DNA of 64,000 nucleotides from contig NC_045138.2 in the NCBI RefSeq assembly GCF_008831285.2, forward strand, positions 29,016,001 to 29,080,000, given 5' to 3'. Position numbers and translations under genes: made by a program. Origin of the DNA: Nymphaea colorata. Lineage: Eukaryota. The notes beneath the pieces are model-generated. The model was not told the DNA's origin, made no database searches, and saw nothing but the letters and a program-made list of their open reading frames with translations. Positions 23,770 to 36,697 of the stretch are shown piece after piece (within the stretch, counting starts at the first letter, position 1; each line of letters begins with the position of its first letter).

Positions 23770-24036
23770 CCCGGCCCAATGAGGCTTGGGCGAGGGCCCA
23801 AAAAAACCAGCTCCGGCAGGCTTGGGTCGGCTCGATAAAATTTTAATATTATTTTTATTTTATTAATAATATATATTTCATTATTAAAAATATTTCTTAT
23901 ATTAAAAAAAAATTATACTTTAAAAAATATTTTTTTATTTTAACTGAGCTAGGCCGAGCTCAGGTTTTGAGCATGGGGTGGGGCCTGGGCTTGGGTTTGG
24001 TACATTGGGCGGGCCCGACCTGATGCCCAGGGCCTA
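23770..24036. mobile_element. hAT-like MITE with 8-bp flanking direct repeat, left end apparently deleted
   Basis: GCTGGCTA at 23762-23769 and 24037-24044. Right end reads ...ATGCCCAGGGCCTA. GC-rich GGCCC/GGGCT arms surround an AT-rich core. Confidence 0.6.
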
Positions 24037-24109
24037 GCTGGCTAGTTTGTTTACTGGCTTGTATGAATCCAAGCGTACCTATGAATAAGAAAAAGTCAAA
24101 ACTCATGTA

Positions 24110-24610
24110 TATGAGTGAATAATGACTGCGGTTATCTAGACCTAGCCATCTAACTCATCCATGCACATGGATCATTAAAAGAAAAAAAAATGAGAAAAAG
24201 TATAAACTAATATTAGAAGATAAAAATGTCCATCACTTTTTCTCTTTATTTTTTTCTTAACCATTCGTCATGTTTGATCGGACGGTACAAATTAAACGAT
24301 TAGATGACTCTAAAAAGCTAAAATCACCATTTAATTTTCGAGTGAGTAAATGATGAGCCCAACTATCTAAAGTCACCAAGCCATAACCAAGGTAGTTCAT
24401 TTAAAGCAATGGATGGTTGAAAAAAAAAAAGTAAACTAATCTTAAAAGATGAAAACACCCATCACATTGTTCTTTTAATTTTTTTTTTAACTGTTCATCA
24501 TGTTGGATTAATTTTTTTTTAACTGTTCATCATGTTGGATCAAACAATACAGATACTGATTAGATGGTTGGATAACTCTAAAAGACTAGAGTCGTCATCC
24601 AATTTTTTAT
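24110..24610. repeat. Two diverged tandem copies of a ~220-250 bp element (probable MITE relics), second copy with an internal ~31-bp duplication
   Basis: Shared order of motifs: TAAACTAAT.TTA.AAGAT.AAAA...CCATCAC.TT...TTAAC..TTC.TCATGTT.GATC...GATTAGATG...ACTCTAAAA. TAAT(T)nAACTGTTCATCATGTTGGAT occurs twice at ~24476-24540. Confidence 0.55.
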
Positions 24611-24900
24611 ATCTCGTTTATTTTCTTATATCTCCGTTAGTGCTGTTGGTCTACATTAATCATGCGCGTTGAAGAATCAAGCAAGAGATGCTAGAAGGAT
24701 GAGCAAGTTCGGGCTTGATTTGGCGTTAAAGTGAACGTGGCGAAGTTGAACGTGGACCTCATAAAAACTTCGAGCATCAACACACGCTCCCTGACCCTCA
24801 TATCAAGGTAACCCAAGCTCCATAACCATTTAAGTTACGTTTTCGCTTTCAACAAAAATAGGCTGCGCAAGCCAAGCCAAAAGAAAGCAGTTGAAGGAAC

Positions 24901-24902
<2 letters not shown>

Positions 24903-24935
<33 letters not shown>
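24903..24935. repeat. (GA)16 microsatellite
   Basis: Direct reading. Confidence 0.95.
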
Positions 24936-24937
<2 letters not shown>

Positions 24938-25564
24938 ATGCAAGCCCATCAAAAATTATTGGTGTGATTTCATAAATTAATTCAAATCATTTTTTATTTC
25001 ACTAGGTATATGAAAAAAAATTTGTTAATCATATAATCTAACTTCACCGCTACCAAATGTATTCGATCAGAAGACCTTTTATCCTCGTTTAACATCTGTA
25101 GTCTCCTATGTTGATCAGTTGACACGCGAACCGACTCCTCATTGATGGAGTATCACCTCCAAGGTTTGCTATCATCTTCATCTTCATAGAGTACTTTTCC
25201 TTGCTTTTATAAGTTTATCAGAATCCTTCCTCCTAGCCATTCCGACAATGAAATTGTCCAATGTCGATAAACTAAAAAAAGAGGAGCTTTGCTCTCATCT
25301 ACTGCAAAAAAGGCAGCAGTCAAATAACTCCGCGTGATCATACAATATCTGAATCATCCTCGCTGAAATTCACCTAACGAGTAAACAGATGACGTTCAAA
25401 CGCGAACAAAGTTCGCTCCCTGTACCTCGTTCCAGTAGGTTGGAATTGCCTTAGGAACATGTTTACTCAATGCAACTCCAAAGTGGATTAGCAGCCAAGA
25501 CAGTTGGCTGCATAACCCCTCCGCATATAGAAAGATCCAACCACTCGTCCCATTGAACAACATA

Positions 25565-28395
25565 TCACCAGTAATCCCCGCAAGAACATATGCCATCAAT
25601 GAAATGATGGAATCGATTGGTGTCTCGGATTAGTATTTCTCGCGCCGCAATTCTAGATATATATTTTGCAGCAGCATGGCAATCACCGCAGACTCTCAGG
25701 TTCTTGAAAATCCTAACTGGTACTGGGTGTGTTGTAGAAATCAATCCAAATGCAATAGCCAATTTTTCACTGTGATGAAGAAGGCATTGTTCTTTGGACT
25801 CATCATCAACATCATGGAGCACAAAGCTTAAATCAGGTATGTAACCAGCCATCTTCATTTGTGGCATCAGCATGTCCAACTTGTCATATATCTCCTCCTT
25901 AAGAGGATGAAACTTGTCATCCGCCACAAATACATGAACCTTGTCTCTGACCTTTATCCAACTGCATCATGGCTCTTTCTCAAGATCCATTTCTTTCATC
26001 GAAGCTCTTATTCTTGTCACATCATCCCATCGATCCCTTGATGCATACATATTTGACGAAAGCACGTAAGTTGAAGGTTCAAATGGGTCCAATAGTAGAC
26101 ATTGATCAGCTGCACGACTGCCAACAACTGTATCCTTGTGGAGCCTGCAAGCAGAAAGGAGAGAACGCCAGATCAAAGCTTCAAATGCAAAGGGACAATT
26201 CTTGAGAAATATCTCTGCTTCATTTAGATGGCCAGCACGACCAAGAAGGTCAACCATACATGTGTAATGCTCGATTGTTAGTGAAATCCTATGGTTGGAG
26301 ACCACCATGTCAAAGTATTCACGTCCTTTTTCAACCAGACCAGCATGACTGCATGCAAAAAGTACACCAATGAGGGTGATGGATGTTGGTATTATGCCAA
26401 GTTTTTGCATCTCTTCAAATAGATACAGAGCTTGCTCGCTATGGCCATGTTGAGCAAAACACATTATCATAGAATTCCACGAAACAACATTCTTTTCAGG
26501 CATAGTTTTGAAGACCCTGTATGCATCTTCCAATCTACCACACTTCGAATACATATCAATAAGAGCACTTCCAACATATACAGATGATTCGAGACCGGAT
26601 TTTACCACATGTACATGGATTTGTTTCCCCTGTTCCAATACTGCACAACTAGCTGATGCCTTTAAGATACTGCTGCATGAGAACTCATCAAAGTTTTTGA
26701 ACACTCTATGCATTTCACGGAAATACAGGACTGCACTGTCCTCCCCACCGTTGTGCACAAATGCTGATATAATTGCAGCCCAGGAAATAGAATTGGGGAC
26801 ACCAATACATTGAAAGGCCCTTGATGCATCATCTACCAACCCACATTTCGAGTACAAATCCAGCAAAACGTTGCCAACTGACACATTAGAATCTAAACCA
26901 ATCTTAATGGAATGAGCATGAAGTTCACTACCTTCAGCCAATGCTTTCGACATAGAACATGAAGAAAGGAGGCCAGTGAATGTATAGGGGTCTGGCCTTA
27001 TTGGAATCTTTTGCATTTGACAGTAAAGATTCAGGGTGTCTTTATACTCCCCTGCAAGACTGTATCCAGTTATGAGAGCATTCCATGAGACCAAATTCCT
27101 GTACGGCATCTCTGTATATACTTTCTCTGCATCCTCCACTAGCAAAGACTTTGCATATGCATCCACAAGAGCTGTGCCTATATAAACATCTGAAAGAAAC
27201 CCACTCTTGATCACTAGTGGATGTAAACAGTTGCATAGTACACCATCTTCCAGAATGGCCACTGCCTTCAGAATGCTCACGTATGTTATGTTGTTAGGAA
27301 TAAAACCTTCAAGGACCATTTGGCAGTAGAGTTCAATTGCTTCTTCACCAACACCATTCTGTACGTAGCCACTGATCATGGTGTTCCAAGCCACAATATC
27401 TCTATTGGCAATGTTATCAAAAGCTCGACGGGCCTCCTGCAAATTCCCACATCAAACACATCCAGATCAAAACCCATCTTCATTATGCAAGCGTGCACAC
27501 TACTACCAAATTTTACGCAACCCAGACCAGCACAAGCCTTCTGGACTGTAGCAAAACTATAATTATTGGGTTGAACATCCCCAACCAACATTACTAAAAA
27601 TAGCTCAATTGCTTCTCTGCTAAACCCGCTCTGCACATATGCAGCAATCATCGAGTTCCAAGCAACTACATCCCTCACAGGCATCTTGGTGAACACCTCC
27701 ATTGCACTATCCACGCAACCTAAGCCCGCATACATGCCAATCAAGCTGCTCAAAACAAAGACATCACTGTAAAAGCCACACTTCACAACAAGGCCTTGCA
27801 ATCCTCTCCCCAACCCCCCCTTGCTCAGTTCAGAACATATAGTAATCACAGTAGCAAAAGTATTCGCATTGGGTTGAACTCCTTCCTTCCTCATCAATCC
27901 GAAGTACCTCAAACCTTCCCCTTTTCGACCTTCTCCACCAAACGCAGAAATCATGGCCGTCCACAACACAACACTTCGTTCAGGCATTCTGCCAAACACG
28001 TCGAGGGTGTCTCCGAGACCACCACATTTGCTGTACATGCTGATTAGCGTGTTCCTCAGGAACAAATCCAGATTCACTGCATTTCTCATCAGGCAGGAAT
28101 GGATCGACCTGCCTTCCTGGAGAGCATTGGCGCTAATGCATCTCCTCAAGATTCGAAGGCACGTTTCGTAATTGGGCCTAATCCCTTGCTTAGCAAGCTG
28201 GTCCAATACTTTCGTCACTTTTTTCATATCACCCTTCTTGCACAGCCGATGCAGATCATCGATGGTGGCCTTCCTAGCCCTGAACCTGAGCTCCCAGGGT
28301 GGAAATGAAAAGGAAAAACCATCTGGGTTGCGGCCATTTCGACGGAAAAAATCCCTCTTCTTCACGAAACCGGCTAATCAGGACGGTTTGAGCAT
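25565..28395 (-). pseudogene. PLS-class PPR-E-DYW RNA-editing factor, disrupted (two in-frame TGA stops and one frameshifting deletion)
   Basis: Three ORF-track segments form one intronless gene: P/L/S repeats (..SWNSMI..Y.Q.G...EA..LF..M), E domain, PG box, and a DYW domain with HSEKLA, CGDCH and terminal DYW. Lesions: TGA at 28380-28378 (codon 6 from ATG 28395); frameshift at ~27453/27452 where ~11 residues between 'DVF' and 'CGNLQEA' are missing; TGA at 25969-25967 in 'KEP*CSWI'. Confidence 0.9.
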
Positions 28396-30150
28396 TTAAC
28401 AAGGCTCGCATGAGTGATGGGGAGGGTTCAGATTTCAAATTACGGCTTATAGAGAACGAGATACAGAAGGCAGAGAAGCAAAGAAAAAGGAAACGAGGCT
28501 TTAACTTTTTAAGCAACTGAAATATGAATCCTCCTCGAGTCTTAGTTCAATTTTTTGAAACTGTTTGAACAACCGACTGTCTGGAGCGTGACGATGGTGC
28601 GGACAGAGTGGGAGGTAGTCTTCTTCGTCGTATTTCTCCAAGTCCATTCCAGTCTTCAGTTCTCATCCGTACTCTCAACCAGGCAGGCCATGGCGTAGTC
28701 AGCTCCTTGAAGGTATCCACTTCCTAAAATTGTATATGGCAAAGCAAGTGGTGTGAAATAATATTCTGATGTTAGCACTGATCTACTGCATATATGAAGC
28801 TTGCTATTATTTTATAGAAGGATTACAAGTAACGTGGTGACGACTTATGATGATGTTTAAGTTGATTCTGCGTTACATTCGCGAATTACTTTCCATGCAA
28901 ATAAGAGATTTTTTTGGGTAAGCTGAAGGATAATTCCATTGATGAAATGAAAGCGAAGCCCTCTTTCCCTTTGCTCTCCAAGGTCTAGGGCGGTATATGC
29001 GAGGAGACAACTTGTGTTCATCTTGACACTGCAGTGGTATAACCAGCCCAACCAGCTAAACTGGGCATGCATCAAAGTGATTAAAAATAAAGTTTTTTGG
29101 AAAAAGAATTGAGAAGTTTCACATATAAAATAACAACCTTACTTTGGTGACTCATAAAATTTAAATACGTATCTGCTTGGTAAGTTTGTTGTCTAAGCAA
29201 AAGCTGTAAGAGCCTCAAACCCCAATGTGAATCACCGTAGAAATGCATGAGTTCTCTTTCTGCAAAGTTTGTAATAATGACAGAAAAAAATGAGGTGAAT
29301 GAAAAAGCCAAAGTCAGAAATTTGTACTTTTGTAACGAGAAAGGGCAGAAAGGCCTTGAACCTAAAATTGAACTGCTATTGACTGAACCGATTGACGGCC
29401 ATGTTTATCAACCCCCAACCTGTTTGAGATAATGAAAAGTACGAGAAATTGAAATATCCGGCTCTATCTAGAAAAACCAAGTTTGTCAATAGAAAAATAT
29501 AAAAAGAGGCTTCAAGCGGCGTGGGATAAAGGTATGTAATAATTTGATTTGGGTGCTTAGCGATCATTGCTGATGTTAATACTTTTAGGGGGCGTTTGCT
29601 CAAACATTTTAAAAAAATAATTTTAAACATTCGTAGGATGATTTTGTCTTTTCATGTAAAACATGGGAAGGTTTCAGTAACTTGACCCCGTTGGCAACCC
29701 GAACACCAACGGGGGCTTCCCATAAAATTCTTTCCCCTATTTCAAAAAACCAAAAAGAAGGAAATTTTTGGGGGGAAACTCTAAGAACCCTAATCTTTCC
29801 AACCAGTTCCCCCCAGTAAATCTTCTTCGTTCTAGATCGCCTCCCTCGATCTGCCATGCGATTTTCGTGATACTATAGAGAGAAAACCATCGGATAATCC
29901 CCGGAAAGTTTTGCTTTTGGTGCAGCTTCTTGATTCTTCAAGGTTTTGAGCCCAAAAGGAACAAAAAAAAAAAGTTCGGTTTCCGGGGATTTATTTATTG
30001 TTTCTTGTTATTTTTCATTCAAGTGAAGTTTTGGACACCGCGTCTGATCAGTGCGGTGCTTTTTAGTTCAAAACCGCAGAAAAGCAAGATCATTGTTCTG
30101 GGGTTTTTCCAGGTTTTTGCTGCTTTGGTGTTTTATCTTCGTGATCGGAG

Positions 30151-33100
30151 ATGAGTACGCAGTTTCAGAAAAGCCCCAAGACTGGACGGCAGTCCTTGCT
30201 TTTCAGGGATCTAGCATCGCCCGTCTGCCAGAAAGGGAAATTCTCGACCCCTGGCCAGGCAGCCGCGGTATCTGCTCTGTGGAGGGAGAATTTCGGGGGT
30301 GCAGACCCTCCGCCGCCTCCGATTTATACTTTGGAAGATCGAGTCGACTTCTCGCCGGAGGCTGGAGTCGGAGACTACCCTACGTCCCCTGATTTCAAAT
30401 CGGAGATGAGAACCCCTTCGAGGGATTCGATGACTCCGTTGAAAGGGAAATTGAGCTTCGGTGCGTCGACAGATGTCACACCTCCTCAGGGGCTTTCGGC
30501 GTCTCATAGCCCCGGTAGCTCGAGCTGGTGGTCACATGGGAAGGGCATTGCAAATGGTGAGGAGCAGAGGAAAGGATCACCGGTGGATGGAATCGTCCAG
30601 CACCCGGAGACAAGTACGGGCCTGCTTATGCTGCCGCCACCCAGAGAGGTTGCTAGGCCAGAGGTGCAGAGAAATAGCTTGCCTTCTGGTAGCTTGGATG
30701 AAGAAGAATGGGTTACAGTTTACGGGTATCTTCTGTATCGATTTTTAGTTTAGAAGATGGGGTTTTCACATTTAAATTTCTTATAGCCATTTTATACAGA
30801 ACCCAAAGTTCATCACAATCCCCACCGTTGTGGAGTTTGAGAATAGCATAATAGTTATTTTCTCATGCTTTCAGTTCATACTGGCCTCTCCGTTCAACAT
30901 TAGGGGTTGTTTTTATTTTAGTTCTGCAATTGATGATAGGGATTAATTGCTCACCATTCGGTATTTGGATCATGGACTTGACTAGCCATAGCGATGGAAT
31001 CTCTATAGTGCTCTTTTCAGGCTATTCGGAGTAGCACAATATTTGGTGGACATTGCAGTCTACACTTCCGTTGCTTTGTCCTTCACACTCTTCTTAATGT
31101 TTCACCTTTTGCATGAGCCCGTAGGTTGATTTATTTCATTTTTTTCATGTAAATCTTGCTATGGTTATTATGTTAAATAAGTAGAGATTGGCATGTCGGC
31201 GCAGCATGTATTTATTCCTGGCTGGAAATTTCAGAATAGATTTACCATTAAATGTTTGAGTTCTTGCTGGAGGCTTGCATTTAATCAAGTGACTAGTTGA
31301 CCATTTTAGTTACTGCAGAAGTTTATTACTTTAAATGTTGGATCTTGTTCGAAATGATCCGGTGAATTCATGAAAACTGAAATATACTGATCTTTTCTTG
31401 CTTCATTGTGAACTTAAATTAGATCTGAGGGCATATTTGTTGTCTTTTGTAACCTGAAAGTATCATGTGATGTCGTTCAATCTCTTTTGGAATCTCAAAG
31501 AAGTCAAGAACCATGTAGTGTTTTCACTTCTCTTGTTGGTTCTGTCTTGCTTTACCTTAATCTCATACAAAATCCAATGTTTTATTAAATAAAATAAGTG
31601 GGGAGGGAAAGATATGAAAGGAAAAAAAAGTGAAAAAAAAAAAGAGAAAAGAAGAACGGATGGGGTCAGCAGCACCCGATTCGGTTTGACCGAGTCGGGT
31701 GCCATGTTGGGCCGCAGTGCACCCGCATCGGTGCGGGTGCGTCACATAGTTGGCGCACCCGTGTGACTTAGCTTGGAGGCTGAACCTCAGCAATAAGCAG
31801 ATAGAAACCACCAATTCACATCATGAAAAGGGAAAAAGAAATGAAAATTGTAATAAACAAGCTTGATTCAATGCGTTGTATATGACTATATGCCAGCTCT
31901 GTATTCCTTCTGACTTGGGGGTTCATAGTGAAAATTATCCTAAATAGAAGGTGAAGCATGATGCATCCTGTCACCTTTTTGTCTCTTGTAAGAACAAGTT
32001 GTTGCTAGGATGTAAATGGTTTGATGTGGATGTGTGTGAATATGTTGTATAACGGATCATATTGAATTTGGTACAGCTGAAAAAAAAATCATCTCCTGCA
32101 ACCATAACCTAACCATTTATATCGTTAATTGTTTCATAGTGGTATGGAGCTTTCCAAACTAACCAATTCATCACAGAACTAGATAGACGAATTTTTTGTG
32201 TATCTTGCCTATAAATGATGATGGACTATAATGATCATGTTGTCATGTTGTCTTTTGATATATTAGCTTTGTTATTTTCCTACTTGTCTTTTCTGCAGTG
32301 ATGCTTTGTGGATAGTTAAATACTTCATGGATATATTATTGACTGACCCTGGGTTAATGCATATGTTTTTGTTTTGATCATTCTGTATATTTAGCATATT
32401 ATACATGTTAGTGTATTGATCAAAATTTTGACATCCTCAGGTTTGGTCCAGGGGACACCAATCTAGTATTAAGGGAGTTTGAAAAATGTGGTATTATATT
32501 GAAGCATATCCCTGGTCCAAGAGATGCAAACTGGATGCACATTTTATATCAGGTATTTTTCTCTTCTATTCGATGATAACACCTAATTTCATGCTCCAGC
32601 CCCTTGTATTCTCAAGGTTTCTGGAGGCATAAGGCTTCATAAGCCACTCCCAAGTAGGAATGAGGTCCTACCCAAGATTACACATTTGAACCATTTCTAC
32701 TGTCAAATCAAAAACGGTCTAGAAAGGTCTTGAAAAGAATGTTTATGGAATATGACTATATAAGGAACAAGAAGATATGTTTTTCTTTCTAAGTAAATAG
32801 AAATGGCATGGGTTAAAATTGCTATCTCCAGATCTTGTCAGTGTACTTAGAGCCTGGAAACTCCTTGTGTGCCTTGTAGCATTCCCATCTTTCATATGTT
32901 ATGTGGATCAAACCCTTGACGTTGTTAAACTTAAGATATATACTGGCAACTTGTCTATGGGTGCTAAATAGTTGTGGCGTTAAAACTTCATAGTATTTAT
33001 GAATAAGTTAATAAAACCTTAATGTAATTACAATGACAAAAGTTCTAAGTGCGCAAACATCATGTAATATTGTAATGGTTATTTTGATAATTGTATTGGT

Positions 33101-33986
33101 CAGTTAATTGGTTGATTTAATTTAAAGTGATTTAAACATAAGAATACCACCGACGTTTAGTGATCAACAATGCAAACTATGATCATATGATGCTTAAGTA
33201 ACAAATCTATATCTCATAGGATGGTTTTCAGTTGTCCTTGGTGCAGAGGCCCCTGGTATCACTTCCTCACTCATTTTCATCCTTATATGAAGGAGCAAAT
33301 ATATATGTTGCTGCTTTATGGAAGAACAGTTTCCGGTTCTCTTTTTTCCAAAGGCACCTGGTATCACCACCCCATCGGTTTTCTTCGTCCGATGAATTAG
33401 ACCTCCTCCAACCTGGAGACGTGAAGGGAAAACCCATCTAGACAGGTTGTGGAGCCCTTCTGGGCAAACGTGAAAAATGCTTGTCACAAAAAAGGAACTA
33501 GATCATTGATCAAGTTAATGTGTCAATGTTGCTGTGAAGCAGGAGGTTTGTAAAGAATGGTTGATGGTACATAGATAAAGAGTTGAAATAAAAGTTACCT
33601 ATTCGTCAAATTGCTGTTTGTGTTGGTCCAAATTAGGGGTTTCTTTTCCTCTTTGTGAATATTTTTCTTTCATGTTGCAGAGCCGGTTTGATGCTCAGAA
33701 GGCTCTTGCAAAGAACGGCTTGCAGATAAATGGCCTTCTTATCGTCGGGGTGAAGCCTTTGGATCCAATCTTGCGTCATTCCCTGAGCAACAAACTCAGC
33801 AGTCAAGGTTTCATGGTTTTACCGCCACCATCATCTGATAGAAGCTCAGGTACAAGTCATTTGAAGGCTTCCCCCCGGCCATATTACCCACAACCTGAAG
33901 ATAGCAGCCGCAGTTCTGTTGGTGCCATTGCTTCACCTTCAAAATCTGTTCTGTCGAGAATTGTGGATTTGATGTTTGGCATTTGA
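30151..33986 (+). CDS. NUP35: Nuclear pore complex protein NUP35 (Nup53/MPPN RRM domain), 3 exons, ~330 aa
   Basis: Exons 30151-30725, 32441-32552 and 33681-33986, frame preserved (993 nt). Motifs: FSTPGQAAAVSALWRENF, PPPPIYTLEDR, EEEWVTVYGFGPGDTNLVLREFEKCGIILKHIPGPRDANWMHILYQSRFDAQKAL, and the C-terminal amphipathic SRIVDLMFGI. Confidence 0.95.
31660..31771. mobile_element. One-ended fragment of the CTATGTCACA/TGTGACTTAG MITE family in NUP35 intron 1
   Basis: GCACCC/GGGTGC subterminal repeats ending in CCGTGTGACTTAG at 31771, the same end as copy 3 in SF3B2. Left end not found. Confidence 0.6.
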
Positions 33987-35558
33987 GTTGCTTCTACAAT
34001 CTTGATCAAATTCTGCTGCAACATTTTTGTTTGTGTTTGGCATATATTGGTGGTGCTAATTCTATAAATCTTTCTTTTCCTATTGCAATCATTATTTTTC
34101 TGGTTCTTCTGCAAGCTTTGACAACTACCTCATTTTCTCCGTTGTCCAAAAAACTTCTCTTTTTCCTCAGAAAACTGTATCCTTGGGCTTTCCGAAGAAG
34201 GCTATAACTTTTGTTCGCGGTACTTTCTCCAGAATCTCCACCTTTAGTTCTGTTGTTTCTGTTTGGGGTTGTCTGGAAGTCGGGCTGTTTTTATGACAAA
34301 ATTGGACATAGCAAGGCGATACTGTACTGCTAGTGGAGCGTCATGGTGGTCCTAGCCATTCTTCTCTTTACACTTGACTGGTTCATCTCCTCTCAAAGTT
34401 TCTGCAACTCCAAAAGTCTGAGCAATCCTTTCATGTGTGAAGCCTTGGAGGAATCAGGCCTCACATTCTGCAGGGTATAGAAGAGCAAATCTCTAGACGG
34501 ATACATATCATAACCGACACTATAGGAATGTTTTGATTTGTCATACGGGGATTGTATTGAAATTTGCCTTTTTTCACACTGTTTATTGTGGGATCTGGTC
34601 CTAACGCGGCTTCGCACATGGATGGTTTCCAAATATGAGAGCATCTTGTGGGATGTATATTCTTTTTTTGCTTGGAATCCAAGCAAACCGGGACAGCGGT
34701 TGATGCTCACGGTCTTCCGCAAGTGGCAGGCCAGGCTTATATTCTTGCAGTTGGTGAGATTCTGAGCTAAGAAAGGAGAAAAAGCTGCTTGTTCATGCGA
34801 CCAACTTCAGATGTAAGCTGCTTGTTGTAATACGAGTTGTTTGTGTTTCGCCTTCGTACTTCCAATGAAGTAACATGAGTTCCGTCTAAATTAACGGATT
34901 AATGGACTCTTAGTCTTATGATGACCTTCAAGCTGAAAAAGCTTAGGAGTTTATATGAAAGAAAAAATCCATGATACTGATAGAAAAATAAAAGCAAATT
35001 TCTCCGGTTGCACTAATTATGCCTATGTGTCTTTTAGTTGACAAATGAACACGGGAGTTGTTCAAAATTGTCGCTACGAAAAGACGATTCCGAACCCAAC
35101 CGTCCATTTAATACACAAAGTTGACAGCCATTTGCCACTACAAAGTCTACGAGAATTTCTGCATCATTTTCTCCTTCTATTTCTGTAAATTCAGCGACAA
35201 GAGAATGGCAATGGGCGCCTTTGGTTTTGAATAACTTGAGAACCATCGATTCTCTCTCTCTCTCTCTCTCTTTAACGCAAAAACTGAGATCTGATTGCAG
35301 GTTTTGGTCTGCAAGTGAGTCCATGTGTGTTTTTGGAGACATCTGATAAAATTGAAACGATATAAGAGCTCATTTGTCTCTCAATGGGAATGGGGAGAGG
35401 TGGGTTTCCGCCATCTTTTCTCTAGGCTGTGATGGGAATTGTAAACCTCTCACTGAAAATTTACTAAAACAACTGTCCATCAACATCAAAGTGACCAATT
35501 GTGGGAACACAAGTGTCGGTGTAAGCGCGTAGTGTGTTGCTTACAGATTGGAAAAAAA

Positions 35559-35563
<5 letters not shown>

Positions 35564-35610
<47 letters not shown>
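35564..35610. repeat. (TA)n microsatellite
   Basis: Direct reading. Confidence 0.95.
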
Positions 35611-35616
<6 letters not shown>

Positions 35617-36697
35617 AAACCAAAGCTGCAACCATTGACTACTGTTAGGTCGGTCTTGTGACCAAGCAGAACCATAAATTGCTGTTCTAAGACGCCACAA
35701 GCGTGAACCTCAAATTTAAACGGGTCCCAACAAATGTTGTAAATATCGGTTCCTACTTCACATCAAAAACTTCAAAAAATGATATTAGAGAAGTATTTTG
35801 AATAGGCAGCCTCTAGGGAGTTGTATTATACAATTTTTTATTTTTAAAAATTACAATATTTAATAGAGCATATTCGTTTTTCTACACTCAGTTAGCATTA
35901 TTCCAGTTTGTGACTGATAGGATAAATATCAGACGATACGCCGCAGATTTTGACAACTTATATGAACTTTCTCATGTTTCAATGAACTTGAGAAATTTCT
36001 AAAGCAATAAGGGTAGAATCCTGAGAAAATTCAATAACATAAGGCGTTGAAAAAGTGAAATTAGATAGAAAGACTCATATCTTGGAAAAAATCAATGAAG
36101 TTATTCATCTATATATTTTAACAATATAAATTGTACAAATTCAAACAGTTTGAGAAAAATATAGGCAGGAAGTTAATATGTCAATAAATGCCAATATCTT
36201 AATATTGGTCCACTCTTTGAAAATATCGGATACTTGGCATTTCATCGACTCAGGAGAACAACGAAATAAGGTCACTGTATTTTCAATAAAAACTGGTTTT
36301 CTTTCATTTCAGAAATCTAAACGACTGGATTTCCTGAATAAGATTTGTTTTCGAGAGCAAAAATCGAAATGATCACATGCAGTACGTGACCATTTGTGTG
36401 TTTAAAAGTATGAAAATTAAGAAATCCGTGATAATATCGAGATGGTACCGGCCGGTTGTTCACTGATTTCTAAATGCAGAAAAAATAGCGATATTTTCAT
36501 GTTTCTGCAATCGTCACTGCGCATCTCAAAGATGCCTCCTCTTCGTCTCCATCTGCTTTAAAAATTTCACTTTCCTCTTCTTCCTTTTCGTCCTTCTCTT
36601 TCCCCAAACGTTCGGCAGACTACTAACCTCGATAACCTATTCGCGTTTTTAGTTCCTGTTTGTGTTTTCTGGATTTTATTTACCACTTTTGAGTTCT

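Noticed and set aside
29766..29816. TTTTGGGGGGAAACTC resembling the miR395 3' end, with nearby complement AGTTCCCCCCA
   Set aside because: Only partial similarity, the 5' half of miR395 is absent, and the stem is too short.
30726..32440. NUP35 intron 1 donor GTATCTTC as a possible U12 site
   Set aside because: The donor deviates from RTATCCTT and there is no TCCTTRAY-like branch box near the acceptor.
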